DNA from: Fistulifera solaris
Lineage: Eukaryota
Assembly (NCBI GenBank): GCA_030295235.1
Contig: AP026123.1
Location: 806,001-870,000 of the forward strand
Length of the DNA stretch: 64,000 bases
Direction: 5' to 3'
The position numbers and the translations under genes were made by a program. The notes under the pieces are model-generated. The model ran no database searches and was not told the DNA's origin. It worked only from the letters and a program-made list of their open reading frames with translations. Positions 47,321 to 59,742 of this stretch are shown one piece after another (position 1 is the first letter of the stretch; every line of letters starts with the position of its first letter).

Positions 47321-50300
47321 TTATCTCCCACAATTTATTGATGCTAATTTTGTGACAATGTGCTTGGCAAATGTGAAGTTACGCTGAAAGCAGAATAGAT
47401 AAGTCAGTTGCTCAAACGAGATTCTAACACGGCCGTCTTATCACTCACCAGATCGTCAGAGTGCGAAAGGAGTTCTTCGAGCAGCAATGTCTTTTCCTCG
47501 GATTCAGGTACAACGTCTAAAGTGGTTTGAACAACATAGTTTGCGTAAGCATCGCGTACCATAAGGATCGCAACGCTCTTTCCGACATCATTTGGTTCTA
47601 TTGCCGAGTTCTCTTGAACAATCTATATTATGAGAGAGGAAAGAGTGAGCCAAAAGACCATTCGGAAACAGACGGCAATGCCAAAAGACGACTCATTCTT
47701 ACGTGAAGCATTTCTCTAGCAATCGCACGTCGTTGCGACCCGTTACCGTGCTTCAATAGTTTTTCAACCACGTTGCTAGCAAACTTCTGGCGCGACAATC
47801 CAAGAAGTCCTGCAGCTTGAACAATATGAAGAATGGAATCCCTATCGCTGTCACGGCCAAACTGAAGGACATGCTGAATAACATAATTGCCATACTGATC
47901 ATCGAGAAGTTTCTGGTGATTCTTCTTAATCTCATCGAGCACCATTTCTTTTCTGTGATCATCACAGTGTTCGAGAATTCGCTGTAGCACCCGGCAGCCA
48001 TAAGGATGACACGACAGACTCGCAGTATTTACAAGCACATCGTTGACGATGAAATCAATCTGCTCACGAAGAAAGAAAGCTCGGTCTGGGTCCCCAGCAG
48101 CTTCCCACTTCTTAGCTCTTGAATTCATGACCTCGATGCACTTTTGTATCACATGGTTTCCGTTTTGGTCATGGATGCAGCTAAGGACATTGTGGTGGAA
48201 CTCAAGCATGATATGAGGCAGGTCCTCTTCTTCCAGCGTCTCTAGGGACTTCTGCACAACACGACACCCGTACATCTGAAGGGAAAGTTGTAACATTTCT
48301 CCTTCAAGCGTTTTCCGAATGTCGGCTTTCATTTCCGTTGTTCCAAAATCGAGAAGTTTTTGAACCACATAATTTCCGAATACATCATTGCGTAGTCTAC
48401 GGATGGCGGGTAGCACTTCTTTCATCACTATTTGTTGCTCCACAGGATCACCAAGTTCCAATCGCTGCTGAATGAACCTCGATCCATTTTGATCCTGGCA
48501 AAATTCAAGCACGTATCCTTCAATGCGACGAAGCGTCCAGTCACGACTTTTAGATGATCTAAATTCTTCAAGAATAGGGCTAGAGTAGGAATGACCGCCC
48601 GACTTCGATGAATCCCCCCGACGCGCTTGCTGACCACGTCTACCTCGGCCGCCTTTGTCCCCTCTTCCTTGACGTCCACCTCCGTAGTTATGATTATTCT
48701 GATGCATACCATCAATCCGGGATAGTGCTATAGGCGCGGCAACTGACCCTGGCGCATTGACAAATGCAAGCGCGTGCCCCAAGGGTTGACCTGGATCTCC
48801 TTGCCAGTACGCCAGTTGATGTCCGTTCCCTTGAAGAGGAACGATAGAGACGTATTGATCTCCACGGCCACTGAATGCGTTGGAAACTGGTTGTTGCGCT
48901 ATGTGAGTTTGCGGTCCACTGGAAGATTGGTATTGGATCGTAGTATAACCATATGGTGGTTGAGTACCTGGAGCACCGACATACACTGTTTGCGCCGTCT
49001 GAAGTGTAGGGTGGTGCATTGGTAAGGTAGGGTCGATCCGTTGTTGCTGACTATGATGACTGTACAAAGTCGGGTTAGGTCCTCCAAGATGATGCTGCGT
49101 GACAACTTGCTGCATAGTTTGCTCGGTTTGTCCATAAAGTTGATGCTCCATAACGAGTGGACGCTGACCAAGCTGCTGCTGGATGTTCGGAAAGTGTTGG
49201 TGCATCGCAGTTGTCTGAGCAGCGCCTTTGGAATGCTGCTGGTGATCTATGGGAGAGCGCTGATGTATAACATTGCCGATTGGCTGAGTGTGCAAGGAGG
49301 GAGAAGCAATTTGGCTAGTGCCTCGATTGCCTTCTCTTTCGTATGAAATTTTCTCGACATCGTATCTATCGTAGTCATGTTCAGCACTGGGTTCTCCATC
49401 CAAGCCGAGACTTCCGCTAAACCGATGATTTGAAGAAGGTCGAGCAATAGCAGGAGAGCTTGAAAGCCTCTCAAAGCGTTCTTTCCCTCCTACGTGTCGA
49501 TGGGCGCTTCGCTGATTGTCTTCAGGAAAATCCTCTTGAATTAAATCCATCAAAGTCTTCGAAGCCGGACGGAGGATTGAATCATGTCTACCAGAAAGGA
49601 CACCAGTAGATGCCGGTCTTTGAAGACCTCGTCCAATTGTGCTGGAGGTGTTGTAGACATCGGATCCGGGGCTTTGTTGGCCGGTTGTAGAACCGAGTCC
49701 TGGAGGAGGCCGAAACATCGATTGTTCATTCATCGACGAAGGCTGAGCCGATCTTGAGCGTGTCAAATTCGACCCGAGTCGGTTAAAGTCAAATGGGCTG
49801 TGCTCATCGAACTCTCCAGATCTATTCAGTACATCAGAATCACCCCTACTATTGGCACTTAAAGGTCTCGACAGTCCAAAGCTTGAAGACATCGTCACTG
49901 CTGGAATTGTAGTTGAATCGTCGCCGGCGCCCAGCATAAAATCTGCTGGCATGGCTTTTTGTGAATCATGAAGTCGAGATCCATTAGAAATCACTGGCGT
50001 TGCTGTCTGTGAGTGCGAATTGTCGAAATAGCCTCGGCTCATATGCTCCAGTAAATCCTGTTGAAGTACGTATGATGTGAGATTTCATTTTTTACATGAA
50101 TGCAGATAGCGCATCATGATCACCAACACACACTTACATTACCAACTAGCATATCACCAGTAAGGCTTTTATACTTTTCGCTCGAAGACGAAGGTAGAGG
50201 AGCCGAAGTACATCGTTCTAGAAAATGTTGGCCCATTATCAAAGATGACTGTCCTCGAGCCTCTCTGGTCGCTGCGCCGGATTTATCCGCATACGTGTCA

Positions 50301-50323
50301 TGCGCATTCCAGCCTTGCTCCAT
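47321..50323 (-). CDS. Pumilio/PUF RNA-binding protein (classical Pum-HD, 8 repeats)
   Basis: DQNGSRFIQ, DVFGNYVVQ, QMYGCRVVQ, DQNGNHVIQ, HPYGCRVLQ, DQYGNYVIQ, QKFASNVVE, DAYANYVVQ. Introns 50058-50137, 47623-47702 and 47384-47448. Ends RNFTFAKHIVTKLASINCGR*. Confidence 0.93.
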
Positions 50324-51314
50324 GTTGATGCTGTTCAAAAGCATCAGTGGTTAGAGCTCAAATGGAACGAGCAAAAGCAATGGAATGCGTATTGTTGCAG
50401 TTTCGCATCGACTGTTTCTGGCTCTCTCAGCTCTCGGTCCAGTAACACGAAAAAAGGTCGGGAAGTGGCTGTGGGTGGATCGATGATCTGTTTCACTTCA
50501 TCCCAGGTCACATACCTTTACACTCGGATTTCTGTCCTCGAATTCGGATTTAATGCGGAATACTAAACAGTCGAGTACCGCGCGTATCGCGTTCTCTGTT
50601 CTGTCGAACAATGTTTACTCACGGTGGCTACTTTTGAAAGTATACAAAAAAGTCATCGTTGATTGACATGCATTTTCTTCTAACAACAAAACACAATATT
50701 TGGTGAAGAACAACCAAAGAACATGTCTTATAAATCAATCGAAGCGTGAAAATTGTAAGTTGAAGTAGATAAACAATCAAAAACGAAAGATTTTATGCTC
50801 TTTACAGGTAATATTATACACTTATGAAGCCTTAATTTTCAATTTGTACTTTCTTGATAGACCCTATGTAGCATGTAGCATGTAGCACCGACCAAATTTG
50901 AAATTTTTCCGATGTTTAGTAATTTGCCCGATAGTGGAAAGTACCGTAGGCGTGAGTGTTTTTTTTCTGGAACTGTCGCATTTCTCCGAGAAGCTTCGTT
51001 TCTGACGTCATACACGTCACACAACACATGAATGAAGAATGAATGAATATTATTATAAGCAGCCTCACTCATTTCTCGATAGCTCATCAGCTCATCAGCC
51101 TTCGCCTTGCCTCATTGAACCTTTGTACTTTGTATTCAAAAGATTAACAGAGTTAATCAGGATAATATCATATTGCTTCAAAACCGTTTTGTTTCCCTTG
51201 ATTAGTCCAGGAGCAACGAGAGCGCAATCTGTTAAACGACGAAAATGAATTTTGGTGCTCACAACACCCGTTAGCGACAAGTAAGGAGTGACAATTGTTA
51301 CGTACCATCGGAAG

Positions 51315-52175
51315 ATGAAAACTCTATTTTATTATTTCTCGATAACTTTCTCTTCGTGTTCATTGGTGGCAGCTTGGATTTTGCAATCCAGACAAGCAAG
51401 GGGATTTACTGGAGCTATGGCAATGTCGCAACAGCAGCTTGGTCAGTTCGAGCCTCTAGAATTTCACTCAATAGAGGACCGAATCGTTTGCTTACACGAC
51501 TTCAGCGACCAGCCTCCAATTGAATTCCAAAAAGCATGGGATCTTCAACAAGAATACCTGCAAGACCATTTGAGTGGCAATGGTACTGACAGGCTAATAT
51601 TTTTACAGCACGAACCTGTTTACACACTCGGAACCGCCTCGGATGAGAGTTTGATTCTCGACAACAGCGTCCGTGTTATTCGCATCAATCGGGGAGGGGA
51701 AGTCACATGCCACTGTCCTGGCCAGCTCACCATTTATCCTGTGATTGATTTACGGAGATACCGTCAAGACATTCACTGGTATGTTCGAGCGCTGGAGCAA
51801 GTAGTTTTGGAAGCACTGGACATTTGTTTCGAGCACCACGGACGCCGAGATAATGTCCAACCGCTACGAGACAACTCTTTCACTGGAGTCTTTGTGCCGG
51901 GCTTTGGTAAGGTAGCCGCAGTTGGAGTGAACTGTCGCCGATGGATTACACAACATGGAGTGGCTGTGAATGTCGAAAAGGAATCGCTTGAATATTTCGC
52001 TGGAATTGTGCCATGTGGTTTGACAGGAGATCACGGAGTTGTGACCTGTGTGAATGACCTTGTGGACAAACCCGTGAGTGTTGCTCAAATGGCATTCTAT
52101 GTCAAAGAAGCTTTCGTGCTGGTGTTTCGCGTCCAGTTCAAAGATGAAAATAGAACGCTGAGCAATTCCGCATAG
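51315..52175 (+). CDS. lipB: Octanoyltransferase LipB, probably plastid-targeted
   Basis: LQHEPVYTLG, RGGEVTCHCPGQL, KVAAVGV, HGVAVNV, IVPCGL. Signal peptide ending LVAA-W. Confidence 0.92.
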   Translation: MKTLFYYFSITFSSCSLVAAWILQSRQARGFTGAMAMSQQQLGQFEPLEFHSIEDRIVCLHDFSDQPPIEFQKAWDLQQEYLQDHLSGNGTDRLIFLQHEPVYTLGTASDESLILDNSVRVIRINRGGEVTCHCPGQLTIYPVIDLRRYRQDIHWYVRALEQVVLEALDICFEHHGRRDNVQPLRDNSFTGVFVPGFGKVAAVGVNCRRWITQHGVAVNVEKESLEYFAGIVPCGLTGDHGVVTCVNDLVDKPVSVAQMAFYVKEAFVLVFRVQFKDENRTLSNSA

Positions 52176-52280
52176 ACAGGTTGACCATCGTGATGAGGAT
52201 GCAACGTAAAGTTTCATTAATGTAAATAGTTGACTTTTAAATTTCACTTATTTTATCAAAGCTGTGTTTCTTTGGCTAGT

Positions 52281-54662
52281 TTAATCATCTTCTTTGAGAG
52301 TGAAGCCCTTCTTCAACTCATCTTCGATATTGGGTGGGACGAAGTCGTAGCTTGCAAGTTTCATGGAGTAGTTGGCTCTTCCCTTGCTCATAGATCGAAG
52401 AGTAGAGACGTATTGGAACATGTTGGCAAGAGGGACTCGGGCAGAGATAGTCTTGACATTTCCACGTTCACCGAGATCACCAACTAAACCACGACGAGCA
52501 TTGATATCACCGAGAATATCTCCCATGTACTCTTCCGGTGTAGTAACATCGACTTGCATAAGAGGCTCCATGAGACGAGCTTTGGCCTTTCGTAGACCTT
52601 CACGAGCGGCGGCGCGTCCAGCAATCTCGAAAGCCATAACAGACGAATCGACATCGTGATAGGCTCCGTCAACGAGAGTCGCCTTCAAACCCAAAATAGG
52701 ATATCCAGCCACGACACCGGTTCCAAGGACAGATTCAATACCCTTTTGAACACCTGGAATGTATTCTTTGGGAACACTTCCACCCTTGATGTCCGAAATG
52801 AACTCGAAGTCGGTGTTACCATCTTCGCTGTTAAGGTCCTTGGGCTCAAACTTGACCTTAATTCTCGCGTACTGACCAGATCCTCCAGATTGCTTCTTGT
52901 GAGTGTAGTCGATTTCGGCCGGTTGGGTGATTGCCTCACGGTAAGACACTTGGGGTGCTCCCACGTTGCATTCAACGTTGAACTCGCGCTTCATGCGATC
53001 GACAATAATTTCAAGATGCAATTCGCCCATTCCCTCAATGACCGTTTGACCAGTCTCTTCATCACGCGAAAATCGGAAAGAGGGGTCTTCTGAGGCCAAT
53101 TTGATAAGGGCCTCGGACATCTTCTGCTGATCGCCCTTCGTCTTGGGTTCCACGGCAACCTTGATGACTGGCTCAGGGAATTCCATCTTCTCCAAGATGA
53201 CGGCATTCTCCTTTTGCAAAGAGTTTCACCAGTAGTTGTGTCTTTCAAACCAACAAGGGCAACGATGTCTCCAGCAACGGCGGATTTGACTTCAGTTCGT
53301 TCGTTGGCGTGCATTTGCAACATACGACCGATGCGTTCATTCTTGCCCTTGACAGAGTTGTAAACGGTGGTACCAGCCTCCATCACACCAGAGTAAACAC
53401 GAGTGAATGTGAGGGTTCCGACGAAAGGATCGGTGGCAACTTTGAACGCAAGAGCAGACATGGGCTCGGCATCGGACGAGTATCGCTGGGTTGGTTCACC
53501 AGCTTCGTCGACTCCAGCAATAGCCAACACGTCAAGAGGAGAGGGCATGTAATCAACAACAGCATCAAGTAGCGGCTGTACACCCTTGTTCTTAAAAGCA
53601 GTTCCGGTGACAACAGGAACAAAGGAAAGACTGAGGGTTCCTTTACGAATCAATCGCTTGAGTGTGGCAGCATCGGGCTGAACTCCCTCAAGATACTCCA
53701 TTAGAACATCCTCGTCCTGCTCGACGGCAATCTCAACGAGCTTTTCACGCCATTCTTGTGCTTTGGTCTTCAACGCATCGTCAACGAGGGGGATATCGTT
53801 GCACTCATCAAGAGGGATGCGATCAAACGAGGCACCCAAGTCCTCACCACGCCACACAACTGCTTCCATGGTGACGAGATCAATAACACCAAGAAAGTCC
53901 GACTCGGTTCCGATCGGAAGTTGAAGTACGGCCGGTGTAGCGCCTAGCAAGTTGATGATAGTGTCAACGCAGAAATAAAAGTTTGCGCCCGTGCGGTCCA
54001 TTTTGTTCAAGAAGCACATGCGGGGGACTTTGTACTTGTCGGCCTGTCGCCACACAGTCTCGGTCTGAGGCTCAACACCGGCTACTCCATCGAATACTGC
54101 GACGGCTCCGTCAAGAACTCGAAGAGAACGTTCGACTTCGAGAGTAAAGTCGACGTGACCTGGAGTATCAATAATGTTAATGCGATGATCTTTCCATTCG
54201 CAAGTTGTGGCAGCAGAGGTAATAGTAATACCGCGCTCTTGTTCCTGTACCATCCAATCCATGGTTGCTCCTCCTTCATGAACTTCACCAATCTTGTAAG
54301 ATTTACCGGTGTAATACAGGATACGTTCGGTAGTGGTCGTCTTTCCTGCATCAATGTGCGCCATGATTCCGATGTTACGGTAGAATTCAAGGTCGACTTC
54401 GCGAAGGGGCGAGGACGATGCCTTGGCTTTGTCGATATCCTGCGCCTGTTCTACAACACAAAGTCCTTTCTAATATTTAATGACAAGTTTAGATACCGTA
54501 AAGATTCGAGACCTGAAACAGCTAACGATTTTCAAAATCCGGTCGACGAAATCAAACTCACCTGAACAGTCGGAACACGAAGGGCAAAAGCGAGTTGGGG
54601 GCGAACGCCCCAACCTGGGAGAAGGAAAGGAAGAGGGCAAAGGCCCCAGCAAAAGACGGCAT
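52281..54662 (-). CDS. fusA: Elongation factor G, plastid-targeted
   Basis: [49 protein letters not shown]. Signal peptide + VGA-FAP motif. Intron 54451-54561. Frameshift near 53210, and probably one in exon 1. Confidence 0.95.
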
Positions 54663-55130
54663 GGCGAAACAGATATTTCTATTATCGACAACTGCAACTT
54701 GTGTGTCTGTTGCAAAAGAATTCAAACCGTGTGGTGGAGCTAAAGAAAGATGCGTTGGCTGATTGATGACACAGTGGAAGGAGAAATCGGGTGGCTTTGA
54801 CGGAATGACGTTTGTCACACAGTCAGCGGCGGCGCGGCGCGACGGCTAAATCGCGTCTGCCCGTCTGACCGCAACGTTGACATTTGCTAGCTTTATCGCT
54901 TATACAAGTAATGAGGCGAGTAGTGATTGACTGTGAACAGATTTATCGAATCATCTTATAGCCAACACAAATAATCCTTACTTTTCAGAAAAGGAAATCG
55001 TTGGAGGTGACTGGAGACAATCTGGCTCGGCGACAAATAATATGGACTTATGACTCATGACTGACATGCAATCGTGGTCTTCTTGAACCAACACTACGTC
55101 TATAGTCTATACCTGGTAGTAACATACAGA

Positions 55131-55286
55131 AGACAACGTTTCGCAGGGCCCCGACGTAAAAAAAAATAATGACGTGTAATGCAAACGCTGCCAAAGCCTA
55201 TTGCGTTGCAGCAGGCCAAATGAAACTTGAAAACCTGCTGGAAAAAAAAAGAATTTTAGGCAGCATTGTGAGTGGAAAGAATATTG
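55131..55286. repeat. Diverged ~150-bp direct repeat, copy 1
   Basis: AGACAACGTTTCGCAGG...ACGTGTAATGCAAA...GAATT(T)TAGGCAGCATTGT, collinear with 56705-56846. Confidence 0.75.
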
Positions 55287-55303
55287 ATTCACGACTGAGA
55301 TTC

Positions 55304-56469
55304 GCACTTCGCGCTTTTGTTTGAGGACCACTTTGGTGGCGTTTTATTGATGTCGTTTTCTTCTTTTGATAGTGATTGAAATTATTTTAGTCGCGATCGC
55401 GTACAACCAACACTTTACCACTATAGTGAAAATGGCAGTCGACGATACGGCTGCTTTTCGACGCAAATAGTTGCGTTTCGAATCAAGATGATAGTTAGCT
55501 TATATATCGGTATTTCCATGGCATCTGATTATGCACTTCGCGCTTTTGTTTGAGGACCACTTTGGTGGCGTTTTATTGATGTCGTTTTCTTCTTTTGATA
55601 GTGACTCGCGATCGCGTACAACCAACACTTTACCACCATAGTGATAATGGCAGTCGGCGATACGGATGCTTTTCGACGCAAATAGTTGCGTTTCGAATGA
55701 AGATGATAGTTAGCTTATATATTGGTATTTCCATGGCATCTGATTATGCACTTCGCGCTTTTGTTTGAGGACCACTTTGGTGGCGTTTTATTGATGTCGT
55801 TTTCTTCTTTTGATAGTGATTGAAATTATTTTAGTCGCGATCGCGTACAACCAACACTTTACCACCATAGTGAAAATGGCAGTCGACGATACGGCTGCTT
55901 TTCGACGCAAATAGTTGCGTTTCGAATCAAGATGATAGTTAGCTTATATATCGGTATTTCCATGGCATCTGATTATGCACTTCGCGCTTTTGTTTGAGGA
56001 CCACTTTAATGGCGTTTTATTGATGTCGTTTTCTTCTTTTGATAGTGACTCGCGATCGCGTACAACCAACACTTTACCACTATAGTGAAAATGGCAGTCG
56101 ACGATACGGATGCTTTTCGACGCAAATAGTTGCGTTTCGAAGGAAGATGATAGTTAGCTTAGCATCTGACTATGCACTTCGCGCTTTTGTTTGAGGACCA
56201 CTTTGGTGGCGTTTTATTGATGTCGTTTTCTTCTTTTGATAGTGATTGAAATTATTTTAGTCGCGATCGCGTACAACCAACACTTTACCACTATAGTGAA
56301 AATGGCAGTCGACGATACGGATGCTTTTCGACGCAAATAGTTACGTTTCGAATGAAGATGATAGTTAGCTTAGCGTCTGACTATGCACTTCGCGCTTTTG
56401 TTTGAGGACCACTTTGGTGGCGTTTTATTGATGTCGTTTTCTTCTTTTGGTAGTGACGGAATTTTAGTC
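55304..56469. repeat. ~197-229-bp satellite array, 5.4 copies, with alternating long/short monomers
   Basis: GCACTTCGCGCTTTTGTTTGAGGACCAC starts at 55304, 55533, 55748, 55977, 56174 and 56385 (periods 229, 215, 229, 197, 211). Confidence 0.97.
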
Positions 56470-56704
56470 TCATCAAATACCCGTTTTCTCGGCCCCTTCG
56501 GCAGAGCCTTCTATTTGCCTTGGTGATGACTTGGCAACCCGCGTGATCTAGATAGTGTCTAGTGATGGATTGTGTTACGGTTCTGTCATAGAGATAGGAC
56601 ATAAGCACGCTAAACTCTCAATTTTTAGTTTTTTGTTTTACTGAAGTGCAGTCGTGGGTCGTGGCGAAATACGGACAACATTTTGGACCATAGTAAAATT
56701 CTAC

Positions 56705-56846
56705 AGACAACGTTTCGCAGGCTCTCGACGCAGAAATATCAAAACGTGTAATGCAAAAGCTGCTAAAAGACTTTGAACACATGAAGCTCAAGAAAAATTG
56801 CTGATAAAACGAATTGTAGGCAGCATTGTCGCTCGAAAGACATTTG
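56705..56846. repeat. Diverged ~150-bp direct repeat, copy 2
   Basis: AGACAACGTTTCGCAGG...ACGTGTAATGCAAA...GAATT(G)TAGGCAGCATTGT, collinear with 55131-55286. Confidence 0.75.
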
Positions 56847-57231
56847 CTTCGGGACTGAATTGCAGTCGTTGATGCTACACTTGGAACGATAGTAAATACG
56901 GATGTCCATATTTTGAATCAGACGGAAATTCTGTTGTGCTGTTTTCCGCATGTATCGACGCTCTTCTTTGCTTGATTGTACTAAGGTTTAGCCGCCTTTG
57001 GCGTCGTCTAGGCCCTCCGAAGTCCGAAGAGCTTTTTTCTACTCGCCCTTCCCGCACGCTGGGTGGGAGGCTCGTTCCTGGGACTGTCACGCCCAGACAC
57101 AACCTTTTCGTCTTGTTTGTAGAAAAGGGATATGAAGAAAGGATAGACAGGTTTCCTAATACTAATACAACAATGTGCAGATTGAAAATTGTTATAGCGA
57201 AAAGCTGATTGAAACCTTAACGCCGTGTCCA

Positions 57232-58470
57232 CTATTTTCGTGGGGTTGTTCGTTTTGATCGTCGACTGGATCGTGACAAAGTGTCCGTCACTACTTGATC
57301 TTTGCTTTCCTTCTCACGATTTCGGTAAAATAAACTTTCTTCGTTCACACGGAAACCATAGACTCTCGGAACGTAGGTTTGCGCAGGCTTTGACGGAATC
57401 ATTTCCTGCAGGCAAGCGGTCAGAAGGTTTCCCCGGAGACCAAAAGATCAACGCCTTTTCACTTACCGGGTGTGTCATTAGATAGAGATGAGGAAATGTA
57501 CTTCCAAAATATGCTCCGTCTATGTTGGCCTGTCTTGTACTTTTAGGAAAGAAAAGACCCTGGCAGCGCGCACAAAAGACATTCACGGTGTAGTTCCTTG
57601 GGAGATCCGACAAGCCTACCGGCAAAACCGGTTGCCCTTGGCAAAATACACGAGGACATCTTCCAAAACTGGCATTGCGGTATTTTTCATACATAGCATG
57701 CATACCTCGACTTGTCAAAATATATCTTTTCGACGAAAATTGAGTCGAACGCAAAAAACAAGTTGTCATGTAATGAGCAGAAAAAACTTACCTTGCATGA
57801 ATCAATCCATAGAGCATTTCAGCCGCTGATTCCACAATCTCCTGCTGTTCCTCTGTTAATGAATCCTCCATTGGCATCTCAACATCAAGAACCATGTCAA
57901 GCGCATATTCGTAGTAAGGTACCATGGTGTTTAATCCGGTCAGATTAAAGTCATCCTGCGAATGTATTCAAAAGTAAGAAAATGCGTTGCATCGTGCTTT
58001 CGAGATCAAAATTCGATCTGCTATCCTACCTGAATGTATTCTTCATCGACTTCGCAAAAGAATTCGTTTCCCCGTAGACTACAAAACCACGCGATCCATG
58101 AACCATCTTCATCAGATCCTGACATTTCAGAACTCTCCTCATCTTCTTCGTCATCCTCTTCCAGAAAATTGTCATCTTCAACTCGTGCTACACCACTTGC
58201 CTCTGAATAGAGCTTTGATTGGGGTCCTGTATTTTGCTGTGTCGCTTTTTGACTGAGTTTTGAAGCTTTGGTGGGATCGATCGCGTCATTTGCTGGACTC
58301 CGGCTGATAGCCCCGTACGTATTTGCACCAGCTACACCTGCCGGCGGTTCTAGCCGCCGCGGTGAATGAATGCCCTGTTTGTGCTCTAAACTATCCCCTT
58401 TATTGTTGTCTTTCAGTGACATGCGCGCCATCATTTCCTCCGGTGCAGGATCTACCCGCCGTGGAGACAT
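57232..58470 (-). CDS. CSNK2B: Casein kinase II regulatory subunit beta
   Basis: [53 protein letters not shown]...FCARC zinc ribbon, [22 protein letters not shown]. Three introns at approximately 57957-58029, 57725-57792 and 57407-57466. Confidence 0.95.
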
Positions 58471-59095
58471 GGGCCTATTAACCGTATCCGCACCTTCCGA
58501 TTCTTGTCTGGTCGCGTTGCGCTACCGCGTATTTCTTGCGTGAATTCTTTGCTCTCATGAGCCTGAGTTGTCATTTTTAGACTCTACAGTGTTGTTTTTG
58601 TTTTCTTAAACAATAAATACAAGGTCCGCTGCATCAAGACTATCTTTTTCGGATGGACACGGGCACAGCGTCTTGGGCGACGAGACGCGATCCGACTGCG
58701 GACGACATCCAAGTTCAAGCAATGACCTTTTGCGGTACTGTTTTATTAAGTATGAAAAAAGAAGCAATAGTTGCTTTCATAGTAAGTAGTCGTAACGGTA
58801 CATATTTGTTCAGTCACGAGTCACGATCACGCTCCTCCTCGTCCTCCCGCTATTCCTCCGCCGCTCAATTCTCTTTTCTCTCGCTCTCTTCTCGAGCATT
58901 TTTGCTGCTCTCGCCTTCATTCCTTGTCATTCACCATATTCATTTCAGAGCTCTTTTCTGCCGAAGTGCATGGCTCTGCAGGGAAATTGACGGCTAGCAC
59001 TGAAGAAAGAGAAAGGATCCCAGCGACGGCTTTCAAAAAGCATCCAGCACCCTTTCTGATTCCGCCGCCCGTTTCTAGAAGTGAATAGAAGTGTA

Positions 59096-59593
59096 ATGTC
59101 GAACAATACTTCGAATAGTGAATCAAGCATTGACATTGACCAGCTAAGTCTGGAGGAATTAAATCAACTCAAAAATGCGGAAGAAAGTCGGTTACAGTCC
59201 TTGACGAGCCATTTGGCGCAGCTTCGTCAAGCATCGGTCAAGATACAAGCGAGTCACCGTGCTGTGTCAGAAATGGGTCCTGCTGTCGATGGAAAGTCAA
59301 TCATGGTACCTCTTACCGAATCTGTATACGTTCCAGGGAGAATCAAAGACCCAAACAAGCTTCTCATTGAATTAGGTACCGGCTATTTCGCAGAGAAGAC
59401 TTCCAAAGAAACCCTAGCCTATCTGGATCGTAAATCCAGACTCGTCAATGCGAACAGTGAAAATGTTTCAACAGTCATTCAAGGAACGAGAAGAAATCTT
59501 GAGGCTATTGTGACTGCGATGCAAGGTAAAATGCTGGAGATTCGTGCACGACAAGAAGGGAGAGTCCACCAAGCCGCCGCAAATGCTGAATAG
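59096..59593 (+). CDS. PFDN5: Prefoldin subunit 5 (alpha type)
   Basis: IMVPLTESVYVPG...LLIELGTGYFAEK flanked by coiled coils. Confidence 0.92.
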   Translation: MSNNTSNSESSIDIDQLSLEELNQLKNAEESRLQSLTSHLAQLRQASVKIQASHRAVSEMGPAVDGKSIMVPLTESVYVPGRIKDPNKLLIELGTGYFAEKTSKETLAYLDRKSRLVNANSENVSTVIQGTRRNLEAIVTAMQGKMLEIRARQEGRVHQAAANAE

Positions 59594-59742
59594 GCTAAAT
59601 AATATGCAAACTTTGTACTCTGTAAAGCATGGATAAAAAACTAAAGTTTATAACTTTCACGATACTCTTTTCACACAATACGACATCTTAAGTGGTATCA
59701 TGACGCAAAATGGACTCCCCGTTGACCCGATACATAATCCGT

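Noticed and set aside
53190..53230. Programmed ribosomal frameshift or pseudogene in EF-G and other genes
   Set aside because: Frame breaks are window-wide and often homopolymer-associated, so assembly error is more parsimonious.
42606..54662. Functional cluster of RNA/translation/cofactor genes (RluA, MOCS3, Pumilio, LipB, EF-G)
   Set aside because: Mixed orientations, compartments and pathways; compatible with chance in a gene-dense genome.
56875..57232. Short ORFs downstream of CK2-beta
   Set aside because: No recognisable motif or convincing start/splice structure; CK2-beta already terminates at 57232.
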